DNA of 63,999 nucleotides, the filler included, from Pelomyxa schiedti (lineage: Eukaryota > Protista > Evosea), in the NCBI GenBank assembly GCA_020536535.1. It is 7 parts of 7 records of this genome, joined end to end, with 100 filler letters (N's around TTAATTAATTAA, not from the genome) between each part and the next. Parts side by side here need not be neighbours in the genome. Positions count along the whole stretch, not along the records: positions 1 to 16,428 come from JAHLWZ010000296.1; 6 more parts are not named here. One strand, written 5' to 3'. How positions within the stretch are numbered: position 1 is the first letter of the stretch; each line of letters starts with the position of its first letter. Below are positions 1 through 12,074 of this stretch, in pieces. Below the pieces are notes generated by a model. It was not told the DNA's origin and ran no database searches. It worked only from the letters and a program-made list of their open reading frames with translations. A program made the translations under genes and the position numbers.

Positions 1-1114
1 AAAGTTCAACTTCTGTGGAATGTTGGGAGTTCAATTTAGACCCCCAGTGGGTGTAGATACTTGAGAAGGACTGACTTGGTGGTTATTTTTGTTGTTGGGG
101 AGGTGCTTTTTATTGCCGTACCATACATTTACAGAAGGTTACACCAGCAGCTCCATTTCTTTTCCTTGGGATAATCATCACTGGAGATGGATTTCTGATA
201 TCTGTGGATTGGAGCGGGCTTTGGGGATTCTGGTGGAGGTTCTTCCAGCGGGATTCTACACAGATAGATATAAAGTGATGAGAGAAAAGCAAGCTGCAAG
301 AAGGAAGGGCAAAATACCCAAGGTGTGCGTGGACCTCCTTCTTCAACATTGTCCTGTATTCGAACGCCGGCTTGGAGTTATATTTGTCAAATCCGGAAGA
401 GGGAAGTGGGTGCTCTGAAAAGTGTCGTGAGGCTCGGGCGTTGCCGCCGAGTTTCATGCTCCAAAGCTGTTTCTCATTCCATTTGTCAAGGGTGATGGAT
501 CTAGTTTAACATCAATTGAGTTTAGGGGTGCGAAACTGGGAATTGGGTGAAGATGCCTTACAAAGCTAGTTGATACGCCAAGGCCCCTGTGCATGCCTGC
601 ACATCTTATAATGTAAAAGTTACGCAAATTATCAATTCAAGATAGGAAGAGCTCACTTTAAGCACAAGAAAACGCCGAAAGAAACCGAGGCCCAAGATGG
701 TCTCGTAGTCCCACATTCAAAGCACCTCTTTGTTTATCGTAGGGGAAAAAAAAAAAAAAAAAGTTACAGGAGCCCCAAAGCAAGATTGCTTCAAAAAAAA
801 AAAAAGAATAAAAAAAAAACGCGGGCGGCAGGCACACACACCCTGTTCTCCTCAATTTCCAACAAAGGTGCGAAGAAACGGCTTTGTGCCTCGTACGGAT
901 CCGACGACGCTGCCGCCGTTGCCGACGCTGCTGCCGACGCCGACGGGCTCGCGCTGGTCGCCGACGCCGCTGCGATCGCTTCCGCCGAGAATTCGCTTTG
1001 CGTCACCACTACGTGGTGGGTGCTGCTCCGCGCGGATGGCACAGCGGCCGCCGCGTACTCCTCGCCACCCCGCGCCGCGTCACCATCCGACCCAAGCAGC
1101 CGTTCCCTGCTCAT
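1..1114 (-). CDS. ArfGAP (ADP-ribosylation factor GTPase-activating protein), multi-exon, 3' end runs off window
   Basis: Spliced reading gives [40 protein letters not shown]...MKLGGNARA...DKYNS, the ArfGAP C4 zinc finger plus GGN motif. Confidence 0.88.
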
Positions 1115-1306
1115 TTTTTTTTTCCTTTCTACGTGGCTTCGACTGAACTAGCTGGGCATGCCCATCAACATCTTCCCATCGACGATCCTGACCTGTCTCT
1201 GGTCCAAAAGGTGAGGGGGGTGTCCTTTTGCTTCTGACAGCAGGATTCAGAGAAGCCTTTTTTTTCCTTTCATCATTTCTCTGTCATCGTTTCGACAAAC
1301 CAACCG

Positions 1307-4007
1307 ATGTCGTCACCGGGATCTCCCACCACGCCTCCCACGTCGTCAGCCACAGGGGGCCGCCGTGGGTTCATGATAGGAACCCGTGCCGCCCCCGCCA
1401 CCCAGAAGCCCGCCGCAGCCACCACCTCTCCGGAGCAGCAGGGTGGAGGCACCCCCGCCGCCCCCACCCCCACACCCGCCGCCACCAGCAACAACAGCAA
1501 CAGCAACGGTCCGCTGCACCGGTCGTCCTCGCCGTCGCCGTCGGGGTTCTCCCCTGCGCACCACCCCACCAACGCGCCCACGCACACCCACGCGTCGCCG
1601 ATGGTGTCGCCGCCCCCTCCCCTGCACCACCACCACAACCACAGCCACTCCCCCGCGTCGGCCTCGGCCTCCGCATCCGCCTCCCCTTCGCCGTCTCCCT
1701 CGCCGTCCCCGTCCCCGTCCCCGTCCTCGCCTCCTTCGTCCTCGTCGTCGTCGCCTGGGCAGGGGAGTGGCAGTGGCAGTGGTAGCGGAGCGATGACGTC
1801 ACCGCCGAATGCGGTGGGGTCTGGGAGCAGTTGCTCCCACTCGGCACTGTGCAACTCCGAATCTGTGCCGAAGGTACTAAATTAATTTAGTATAGTAGTT
1901 ATGCTATTTTTGTTTGGCAAAGCCTAAAGGTTTTGGTTTGTTTTTTTTAAGATTGGTGATCTGGCTGTGGATGTGGAAGGCAATGGGTATAGAATATACA
2001 AGGCATATGTGCAGGATCATCCCTTAGCAGAGAGACACCAAACTGATGAGAAGAAAAAAGATGAGGTTCTATCCGAGTTGTGGCATTCCATGTTCTGACG
2101 AAACCTAGAGAAATAGCATCTTGTGTAATTACTGCTCCCAACTAAAAACTGCTCTAGAAGCAGCTAAAAATGGCCAGAGATCCGCCGGCGTGAGTATGAT
2201 GACACCTACAACAAACCCGGCTGGGTTTGCTCGAGCTTGTTTGCAATACAAATACACTGGAACAGATTTCGCAGCTCTGAAAATGTATCATAGACTTCTT
2301 CAATCAAATGTTGTATATTCTGACTCGAAGCAAGGTTCCGCAATCTAGTTTTTTCTAAACAATACCTGGCAACGTTGAAAGTCGAAGTTATGCCTGCCAA
2401 TATTATTGCCACAGGCACCTCCCCCACTTTCCTCTTCTTTGATTTTCCTTACTGCGAAAAGAAAAAAAGTTGAATGAGGCAAGGCACCTATGCGAAGTGA
2501 ATGAGCAGGACATACCCTTTATTGTGTGAGTGGCACAATAGTTGTCTAAAACCAACAAAAAAAAAAAGATACCCAAATTTCTTTGAAGACCCAGAACTTC
2601 TGACAACACCGGAAATGCATAAAAAAGCACTGCTGTACAAAGTAAATATAGAGTATCACTAATTTCCACAGGATTATGTTACTCAATATACACAGAAACT
2701 GAAACAACGGCAGCAGAAACTCAACCAATACTTCGAAAAAAAGGTTACTCAAATGTCAGATGTTCTCCCGGCAGCAAGAGTCTCACGGTATACTATACAC
2801 CTCTTCCGCTTTAGTTAATAAAGATTGAAAGCCTCAATGCCTTGCTTGGGAAACCTCGTGATGTAATGTTTCAAGAATACGAACCTGCTGCGCAACAGCA
2901 GTTCGACTGGTTTATAAGGGATTTGCGCTGCATCGAAGGTTCCCTACTTTTCCCTGGAGTGTTATTTCTCCAACTTATATTAGGGAAGCAGATACAACAC
3001 TTCTTGCAGCAACTTAACGATGCCAAGCCAACTGATCAGTTATGCTCCGATCAAATCGTACAATTCTTTGAAGTTACTTTCCTTTTTTTTCCCATTGGTT
3101 GTCATTTGATCTACAAAAGGACATGATGGGGCGAGTTGCTGTACAGTATAATGTTATGGATCCTCTCCAAATTGCTAAATTAAGGGTTCTCATTCAACGA
3201 GCAGTTTTCCCAAATGCCTATCACGTATTGCTCCATTTCTTTATTCATCAGCACTAACTTGGAGCAGGATATTGTAAAGAAGGTTTTCTGCTGTGATACC
3301 AAGTCCACAGACACCCAATTTATGTATCTTCTATCAAGCCTGCGGAACCGCCCACCTGCTTCTCTGGAGATGCCTATTTCCTGGGTAGATATGCTTTTTT
3401 TTTGCATCGATGTTCTTGACACATTTTAGACACAAAATTTCAAATTTCAAACTGCGCTGCTGTGTGCCTCTGACGAATTATCCTATTTACCGTTCCAACT
3501 AGTGCCCTATGATATGTTATTAGTGATTGATAGAACGCTCTCATGCCTTTGTGCAGCCGGCAAAGTTTTACTCCGCAGGTTAGTTTTTTTTGGAGTTACA
3601 AACCAAAAATACACCATGCGTGGAATTCCGATGCAACACTTCAATCCATACAACAAACCGGCTTCACAACTAACACCCAACACAGATCCATAACTCCCGA
3701 TGAGCTGGCTTTGCTCCTTCAGCATGTGATACTGAATACAGACCTGCCGGGCCTCCATGAATCACTGTGGATGATGAATAACCTAATAATACCACCGGCT
3801 CCTCATCACAGGGAACCCCTCACCACCCTTGCTTCACTTTTCCAATGTATGCGGCAGCTTCCTAAACATTATTATTATATTGCTAGCCAGGTGGGATTCC
3901 CACTAACACCCTCAATAGATTCCGTCAGTCAAGTGAAATCAATGAGACCAGGACCAGCAATACTAGCAAACGCAGCAGCCGTATCTTCACCAAGGAAATT
4001 GACCTGA
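1307..4007 (+). CDS. Hypothetical multi-exon protein with S/P/H-rich N-terminus; exon structure and ends approximate
   Basis: GC-rich first exon 1307-1873 ending at a GT donor, followed by a chain of short exon-like ORFs; no family recognised. Confidence 0.45.
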
Positions 4008-4463
4008 GATTGTATCTGGACCAGTAACACAGTTGCCTTTTTCAGGAAAAACAACAAAGGAGAAAAAAAATAAAACCACAAAGAAGGAAAAAAAATAGAC
4101 ATAAAGGAGGTGCGCATTTTTTCTTCCTTTTTGTTTGTTTCCTCCTTTATTTTTTCCCTCCTTTTTTTTCTTCCTCCTCTTTTTTTTTTCCCGTATCCAA
4201 GTCGTCGACGCGCCCGCGCACGAAACAAACCACAAGCAACAAAAAACCCACCCACAATAGCACCAATCACGACTCCGCAAACACACAACAAAGCACCGAC
4301 ACACCACAACGACACCATGTCGTTGGCCCCAACGAAACACGCCTCCCCTAATTCCGTTACACAGGGCCGCGCTCGAGGCACCCCAATCGCAGCACCATAA
4401 GTTATATAGAATAGTGAGCGACCTACGAAGAGAGAGAGTGAGGGTGATTGAGAGCTCGAGAGA

Positions 4464-6664
4464 ATGAGTGTCCTCAACGAAGATCAGAACCCCAACAACA
4501 ACAACGAGAGCGACGAGGATGAGCAGTCAGGGTCGTCAGCCAGCGAGTCGGGGTCAGGCAGCGAGGACGACGACGAGGAGGAGGGAGCGGGCGACGACAG
4601 CCTGGCCCCGCACACCCAGCTGACGCAGCCCCAGATGCCCCCGCAGCAGAACGTCCTCATGCAGCAGACCCAGCCCCAGGGCGGCGGCCACTTCAAGCAG
4701 GAGCCCCAACAAGGAATGAACCCAATGCAGTCCCAGCAGCAGCAGCAGCAACAGCAGCAAGCACAGCAGCAGGCGGCGCAGCAGCAGCAACAGCAGAACC
4801 AGGCGCAGATAATGCAGCAAATGCAGGCGCAACAAATGATGCAGCGCAATATATCACAGCAACAGCAGGTGCAGCAGCAGCAACAGGGGAGGGTGCCACA
4901 ACAAATGGGAATGGGAATGAACCCCGCCATGCCGCAATTGCCTCAGCAGTCTATGGTGTGTGTGTCTGTGCGCATGACTTAACTTCCTTATTATTTTTTA
5001 AATTCATTAATTAATGGAAAACAGCTTGTTGTTATTTAGATAGTAGTAGTAGTTGTATTATTATTATTACTTGTTGTGGTGGTGCTTACTGTGGTGTACA
5101 GGGTGGAGGTATGGTGGCGCAGCACGCACCTCCTCATATGTTGCCGCAGCACCAAATGCCTGTTATCGCACAGGGCGCACCTGTTATGATGCAAGTTCCT
5201 CAGGGCCAGCTTATGTCGAATCCCCCTGGTTCACAGCAGCCACCACACCTCCAGCAGCCTCCCCAGGGCCAAATTCAAACTGTCCCACAACAATACATGC
5301 AACAGCAAAATCCGGGCCAACAAATGATGGGTGGGTACCAGCCTATGCAACCTATGATGCAACAACCAGGCATGCCACCAAAGAACGCCGTTCCTAAAGG
5401 TCGCGGTGCACCTCCCGTTAGGCAGGGCGCACCAGCTCCAGGTCAACAGGCAGTGTACCAGGGACAACCTGTTTATGGTCAACAGCCCTATCCCGGACAG
5501 CCAGGTTATCCTCCAGGGTACACGCAACAACAGCTTATGCCAATGCAAATGATGCCGCCGCAGCAACAAATGCACCAACTACCAAGACAACCAAGTGGAA
5601 GTGATAGCGGGTCAAGCAGCTCAGGGTCTGGGTCTGGCTCCGATTCAGACTCATCTGCTAAACAGACAAGAAAGAGGCCGAGGAAACCCCGTAAGGTATT
5701 CTGATGTACTTCCTTTCTATGAGTTTGACAATAGATAGGACAAGAATGCTCCACGTAAAGCAGGCACAGCGTACTCATTCTTTGGCAAATCAATTCAAGC
5801 CATGGTGAGAGATGAACTGAGGCGTATAAATCCAGATGCGAAGCAGCGTGAGGTAATGGCTCAGGTGGCAGAAAGATGGAAAGCTCTGTCTCCGCATGAC
5901 AAAATGGTAGTTAATCTTACATCCCATATTAAGGCTGACACATTGGCAGCCTTATGAAGAAATGGCGAGGAAGGACAAAGAGCGGTTCAATATGGAAATG
6001 GCAAATTACCACCCGCCCCAACATACTGGTGACAGTGACAGCGAATCTGGTAGTGAGAGTTCAAGCCCGGCACAACGGAAGAAGACAAAACACAAAAAAA
6101 GGAAGAAGGATAGAGACCCAACTGCTCCCAAGAGGGCAAAAACCGGGTACCCATTTTCCAAAAGAATCATTTTTCTGACTATTTTCATTAGTTACATGAT
6201 CTTCACAGACCAATTCCGTGAGAGTGTGAGAGCTGAATTGAAGGTTAAACCTGGATTCAAAAACCAAGATGTATTATGTGAGTTGGGACGCCGATGGAAA
6301 TTATTACCAGAGGAAGAAAAGAAGGTCATCACCCTCCATTGATTTCTCTTATCTCACGCTTTTCAGAGGTATGCTGATCTTGCCGGTCCTGACCGGGAAC
6401 GTTATCACAGGGAGATCACCGACTATAGGAAGAGGGTTGGAGAGTAAGCTCAATTCACACCGCATTCTTTCTAATTCCTTCCAAGGAAAACCGCTGCAGT
6501 GAACGCTACCACTACTTCTCTTGTAGTTGCCGAGGGAATGCCGCAGGTCGTTCACATGCCCGGGCCTCATGTTAACCCTCCACCTCAGCAACATGTAGTA
6601 GGTGCACAACCACCACCCCCTCCACAACAACAACCCCAGCCGCATGCTTTCACAAGGCCACAAG
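4464..6664 (+). CDS. Two-HMG-box protein with acidic and Q/P-rich N-terminus; last mini-exon appears in the displaced copy at ~15941-15948
   Basis: DKNAPRKAGTAYSFF...AERWKALSPHDK/PYEEMARKDKERFNMEMANY and RDPTAPKRAKTGYMIF...ELGRRWKLLPEEEK; GT-AG introns. Confidence 0.9.
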
Positions 6665-7033
6665 GTATGTGACGTACCCACACACANNNNNNNNNNNNNN
6701 NNNNNNNNNNNNNNNNNNNNNNNNNNNNNNNNNNNNNNNNNNNNNNNNNNNNNNNNNNNNNNNNNNNNNNNNNNNNNNNNNNNNNNAAAGCTGCGGCCTT
6801 CGTGCTGCGATCGGTTACCGTGTTCCGAACAGGGAAGGCAGGACACGTCAACGAACACAAGGCTGCATGATCAACGCGTCTCTTCCTGGAATCCAACTTT
6901 CGGTGGTTTTTTTAATCCGTCGAGAAAAATCCCAAACGAATCCAGAATAAAGAAAAAATCGTCGAGGGCGCAGACAAAACGAAACAACCGAACAAAACCA
7001 CAAACCAACAAACGACAAGCACCAAGTTAAACC

Positions 7034-7911
7034 ATGGCTAATGAGTTTGACGCCGGACGTGGAACAAAATCAGCTGCCTCTGCTGTAGCGTTGTTGCTGA
7101 AGAGCCTGATAAATTGGCAAGCGAGGCTGCCAAAAGACGAGAAACTCAGTACCGCAAATGCGTTTTTCCAGGGCGTTTCTGGAAAAGCACCTGCTATTTC
7201 TCTTCGAGCTTATGTCGAGCGGTACTTTTATTTTCCATCAAAAAAACCCCAAAAATATATGATATATGTCACTTTGTTTCACAAAACATATATCAAAATT
7301 TATTGTATACGAGAATAAAAGACCAAGTGAAATGTTTCGGATGGCTTACCTCTTTTTATAGAATTGAAGTACATAGCGGTTGCTCACGTGCAAACCTTAT
7401 CTCTGCACTTATTTACATTGACCGCTTGTTGGTTTCTCGATCAGTGACGCTCACTGAAACAAATGTTCACCGTGTCTTGTGGTCCTGGTATGCCTTCTAA
7501 CATCACTAGTTATTCCGCGCTAATGTTCCTGTTTACAGCCTCGTGGTGGCCCACAAGTTCTTTGAGGACCAGTACTTCACAAACACGTTCTACAGCAAAG
7601 TTGGCGGGATTCCCCTTGCGGAAATGAACGCAATGGAAGTCCGAGTCCTCCAGTTGCTTGACTATAATCTCTTCATCACCCCAGAGAAGTTCACCCAATA
7701 CGAGAATGTTCTGGGGACATCAATAAGTGAGTATCACCTTCCTCCAACAAATGCCCTACAAAACAACTTACATTTCTTAACAGATTATTGTGAAGAAGTA
7801 GCCGAACATGAGGCCGAAATCAAATCACAGGCACAAACACCAGCCCCCAAGGCCTCTACTCCATACACCACTCTCCCAGAGTCCCACCTCATCACCGCTT
7901 CTGTGGAGTAA
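7034..7911 (+). CDS. Pho80/cyclin-U-like cyclin (3 exons)
   Basis: APAISLRAYVER...ALIYIDRL...LTETNVHR...AHKFFEDQYFTNTFYSKVGGIPLAEMNAMEVRVLQLLDYNL. Confidence 0.9.
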
Positions 7912-8104
7912 ATCCCGCAGTCAGGGAGAGACCTTGTAATTGTAGCAAAGCAACAGCAGCTGTGCGCATGCATGCTACAGCTGTGTTCAGTCTGGAAGCT
8001 TGTAACTTCCGCTGATATTATCTTACCCCACTTGAATGAAAGTGAAAATCACTTTCTGTGTATGAATAACAAAATTATCGTATAGAATCCTTTTCTGTTT
8101 CCGG

Positions 8105-10977
8105 TTACTTTCCATGTGTAGAAAGGAAGGAGTCTATGAACAAATTCTGGTGTTTTATGTTCAAAGGTGCTTAATAACTTGATACAGAATGAGTAACCTG
8201 ACCAGTGTATTCACTTGGTTGTTCCGGTTTTTAGCAAGCTCAACAGCTATTTGTGGTAAGAATTTGTTTGTGTTGACATTATTCTGACATACCCGTGAGG
8301 CCTACAGTCTTGATGTGCAGGAAATCATTCACCAAGTCCAGTAAATGTGCCCAATTCGCCACTACGTGGAATATGTGCACGCAATTGCGAACGGGAGGTG
8401 CCGCGGCACATTCGCGGGCCACAGCCGGGCACAGTACGCATACGGCATCGGTCAGCGCACACCCATTGGTTAATAGGGTGTCTGTGTACTGTACTCCGAG
8501 AAGCTGGAGCCACTCTCCAATGACTCTGAGATAGGAGTGAGGGTTGTGTGAATTACGAATATTATTACTGGATAGATAGCTACCTCTTACAATCGGCGGA
8601 AATGTCAGTGGAGAGTACGCGCACATATTCTTTCAGGCGGGAGAGTTCAATTGGTGTGGGTGTAGCAGCTGTGGATGCCGGTTCAGTGGGTGCATCTGAT
8701 TTGTGCAGGAATGCCGGAAGATGTGAACGTGGAGTGATGGAAGTAGAAGTGGTGGTCGTGGTAACTTTTTGCGGTGGCGGCGGCGGTGCTGGATAATTCT
8801 GGAGATCAACTGGAGGTGGCGGTGGTGGTGCGGGGGGTGGGAGTGTGAGAATGCTGTGTTTTGCCATTGGCAATGGTGGGGGGTGCACTGAAATAGGTGT
8901 GCTCTTCTTGGCTGGAGGAACTGGCAATGGTCTTCCACCGGTCAAAAGTAGAGAGCTGGGCTGCCTGATTGGCTGATGGGGATGTGGGGTTGCTTGTGCT
9001 GGAGATGTTTGTACAGGGGTGATATCTTTTTTGTCCGATGGATTTGCTGCTGTTGGTTCTGATTGCGTGGGATTTGCTTGTGCACTAACTTCTTCTTGAA
9101 CAGGTTGTTCCACTGCAGGTGGGCTAGAAGGGTTTTGAGGTTCCTGGGCTGGGGGCATAGGTAAATGGGGTGGTGCTGGAGCTTTGTCAGCCTTCCACAT
9201 TGCTCGAATGTCAACTACTTTAGATAGAGTGGCCTAGAAAAAATGAGACACATTTTATCGCTTGACGCACAAACTGAGAACTCTGAAGAAAAGGTAGAAT
9301 CCTAAGCAAAGCTTTAAGCCAAAGAAAGAAGTGTAGTAGAGCGCACATCGATAGATAAGTTCAACACCGGTGAAAAAAAGAGTTTTGGTGGTTCTGGCTC
9401 CTGGGAAAAAGTTACTGGATCACATCCCGTTTGGAATTAAGTACCTTCACTGAAATCTCAGTGGAACATTCTGGTAACTTATCTGGTAACAGTTACTTCA
9501 ATACAATATAATATAGGTAATGAAGTACGCACGTAATGACATCATCACTTGAGTGGAATTTAATCGTTTATTAATATCGAAGCAAAGCATGCCCAACACC
9601 AAAGGCACCCATACATCACATTTTTTACGTAAAAGAATGCGTGTAACTTCATCGTGCATAAACTTTTCGTCCGTGAAATCACTGTAGAATTTAAGAATGA
9701 TTTTGGAACGCATGATACCTCAAGGAAGAGCAGTCATGTCCTACTGTCTGTGAGAAAAAGACAAGACATGAAAGTAATGTACCTGTAAGAACCTCAAGGA
9801 ACAGAACACCTAAACTGAACATATCTGCCACCATGCCGTTATATTCCCCGGTTGTCATCTCAGGCCTGAAGTAAAGGTTAAGGAACTTTTGTGCTTCTGG
9901 AAGTGTACGCCACAAAGCCTCTTGTTCCCACAAAGGAAACCATTAATCCACTTCTGGGACTCCGTTTGGCTACTCCAAAGTCGCACAACTTCGGTACGCA
10001 GTCCGCAGTGCATAGCACGTCTTTTAATTGTCATTGCTCATGTTAAAGAGTTATAAAGAGTACTCTTAAGCTTCAGATCGCGGTGGGCAATTTCTCTGTG
10101 ATGCAGAGTCATTACAGCACCAGTGATTGCATACAAGAGAGGTGGTTTACAGGAATCCGATATCAAGTCTCGTTCCATCAGTGAACGGAAGTCCCCTCTC
10201 TCGCAAAATTCGGAGATAACACAATACTTTAACAAGTGAGTTTGAGCAGGAGAATCATGGGGAGACTACACACCACTTTACTGCCATCAGTTGTAGATAC
10301 TTCGAAGGAGTCATAAATTGTCAGCAAGTTGGGGTGATCGATGTCTCGAGTGATTTCACCCTCAGTTCTGGCTCGTAGCTTATCTTCCTTGTTTTGTTTT
10401 TTAAATATTGCTGTGGCTGCCCTTTGCAATTGAGCTTACCTTGGAGCCATATCGAAAAATAAGCTTAACAGCAACCTTCGTGTATGGGGACACATCCTTC
10501 CTCAGCATACAATAAACAACCCCAAAGCCTCCCTTCCCTAATATTAGCATTTCTTGGTCAAAAGTAGCAGGGGAAAAAAAATTTGTTGTTGGCAAAAACC
10601 CCGGACCATGCAGAAAAACGAACCCCCGAGCAAACCTAAAACAAACGAAAACAAACCCAACAAGGCAACCAAACCCCCCCCTCCCATAATACGTAGACGA
10701 CGGCGAGAACAAAGCAGCATCGCGTACCCAATTGTACAGGGGAGAACGGGTCCGCGTGGTCGTACTCCACGTTGGTGTTTGGCGACACGAGCGGCGTCGA
10801 CAGCCTCGAGTCGTCCCACCAGCACGCGTCCCGGTGCTCCTCCCCCGTCGCCGTCGTCGGCGCCCGCGGCGCCTCCGTAGTCGGCTCGCCCCCGCCCCCC
10901 GTCGCCGCTGTGGCCGCCGCCGTCGCGTCCCCAACCGTCGCGCCTGTCGCCCCGTGCGCAGCACCTACGCCGTCCAT
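8105..10977 (-). CDS. Ser/Thr protein kinase with Pro-rich linker and Cys/His-rich C-terminal region (multi-exon)
   Basis: GKGGFGVVY, VAVK, HPNLL, HRDLK, D(M)FSLG motifs spread across exons; start MDGVGAAHG at 10977. Confidence 0.8.
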
Positions 10978-11454
10978 GATTGTGATTCCCAAATGAAAAA
11001 ATCGGGTGCAACCCACAAGACAGTAATCCCCTGATCAATGAATGATTGGCTGGGCTTCCAAAGCATTACTTTTTTACTGTTGGGAAAAAAGAAAAAAACA
11101 CACGGAGCTTTCTCATTTTGAAAAATGTAATCAGCATAAATTGGGAGCTCAAAGCCACTTCTAAAGAATGTCATCTGAAGGGGAAAAGGCATGCTGAATA
11201 AAACAAGCATAGTCAAGTTCACTGTAGTCTGTGGCTTCTCCTTGTGTGCCAATCCCAACAAGGATTCTCTTCACAAGTGAGGAACTGTCAAGAGTCAAGG
11301 AAATAAATATAGAAACTCAGCCATTGACACCTGGATGCCAACAACATTTTTGCCCTGATTTTGCTCTTTTCAGGAGACCACAAGATGAGGGCAATCTAGT
11401 GGGCATGTGAGGCACCCAAGGAAAAAAACCCACACACCTTTTCCAATGAAGTTT

Positions 11455-11913
11455 TAATTGGCAGTGACAAAGCCACATCTTTCAGAAAGTAATATGGCAG
11501 ACCACAATTTCTCCCAAGTCTTGCATGTCCAGATGATGCCAGTGTAAGTTGCCTTGCCTTCTACCTTGGAAAAACACAATTCAGTGGCCCCAAAAAGCAA
11601 CACACAACAACATCACACAAAAGAGTGTTATCCCACAATGACACAAATACAACACAACCCTCTTGAGCCAAGCACGTTTCTTCCTGGGCTGGAGCTTGAA
11701 CACACCCCACCTTGGCTGGTCCTCAGGCAGTGCTCGCAGGAAGTCCCCCCACGACGCCCCTGGGCCCCCCGTCGTGTCCACCACCACAGAGTACGTGCCG
11801 GGCGAGTCGGAGATCCGCAAAACGATGTACCGTAGATCTCGCCCAAGTTTGAGCCGATTGAACGCAACAAAGGCCTCATCGCTACTACCGACATTCGTTT
11901 TCGTGTAACACAA
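11455..11913 (-). CDS. ADF/cofilin-like protein, divergent; start codon unresolved, ends approximate
   Basis: SDEAFVAFNRLKLGRDLRYIVLRI...SWGDFLRALPEDQPRWGVF matches the ADF-H fold signature. Confidence 0.7.
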
Positions 11914-12074
11914 ACGAAATGATCACTTTCGAAGATCCTGCTCTCCTCCAACAAACAATACCACTCACAGGGTTCACTGCGCTCCTTGGAGTGCGCACAT
12001 TCCCCATTCTCTTCATGGTACTGGATACTCCTCTGTTGGAACAAGTCCTTCATCACTCTTTCATTCTTCTTGTA

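Noticed and set aside
730-1885. Many long overlapping ORFs on both strands (also 4464-4982, 20743-21803, 45475-47049)
   Set aside because: Shadow ORFs of GC-rich low-complexity exons
6566-6907. Apparent dispersed repeat shared with 15786-16428 that could suggest a mobile element or Sel1 fusion
   Set aside because: Matches are ~120-nt exact overlaps on both sides of an N gap, i.e. a scaffolding artefact
5695-7540. In-frame stops interrupting conserved genes, suggesting an alternative genetic code
   Set aside because: In the genes I traced, they resolve as short canonical GT-AG introns
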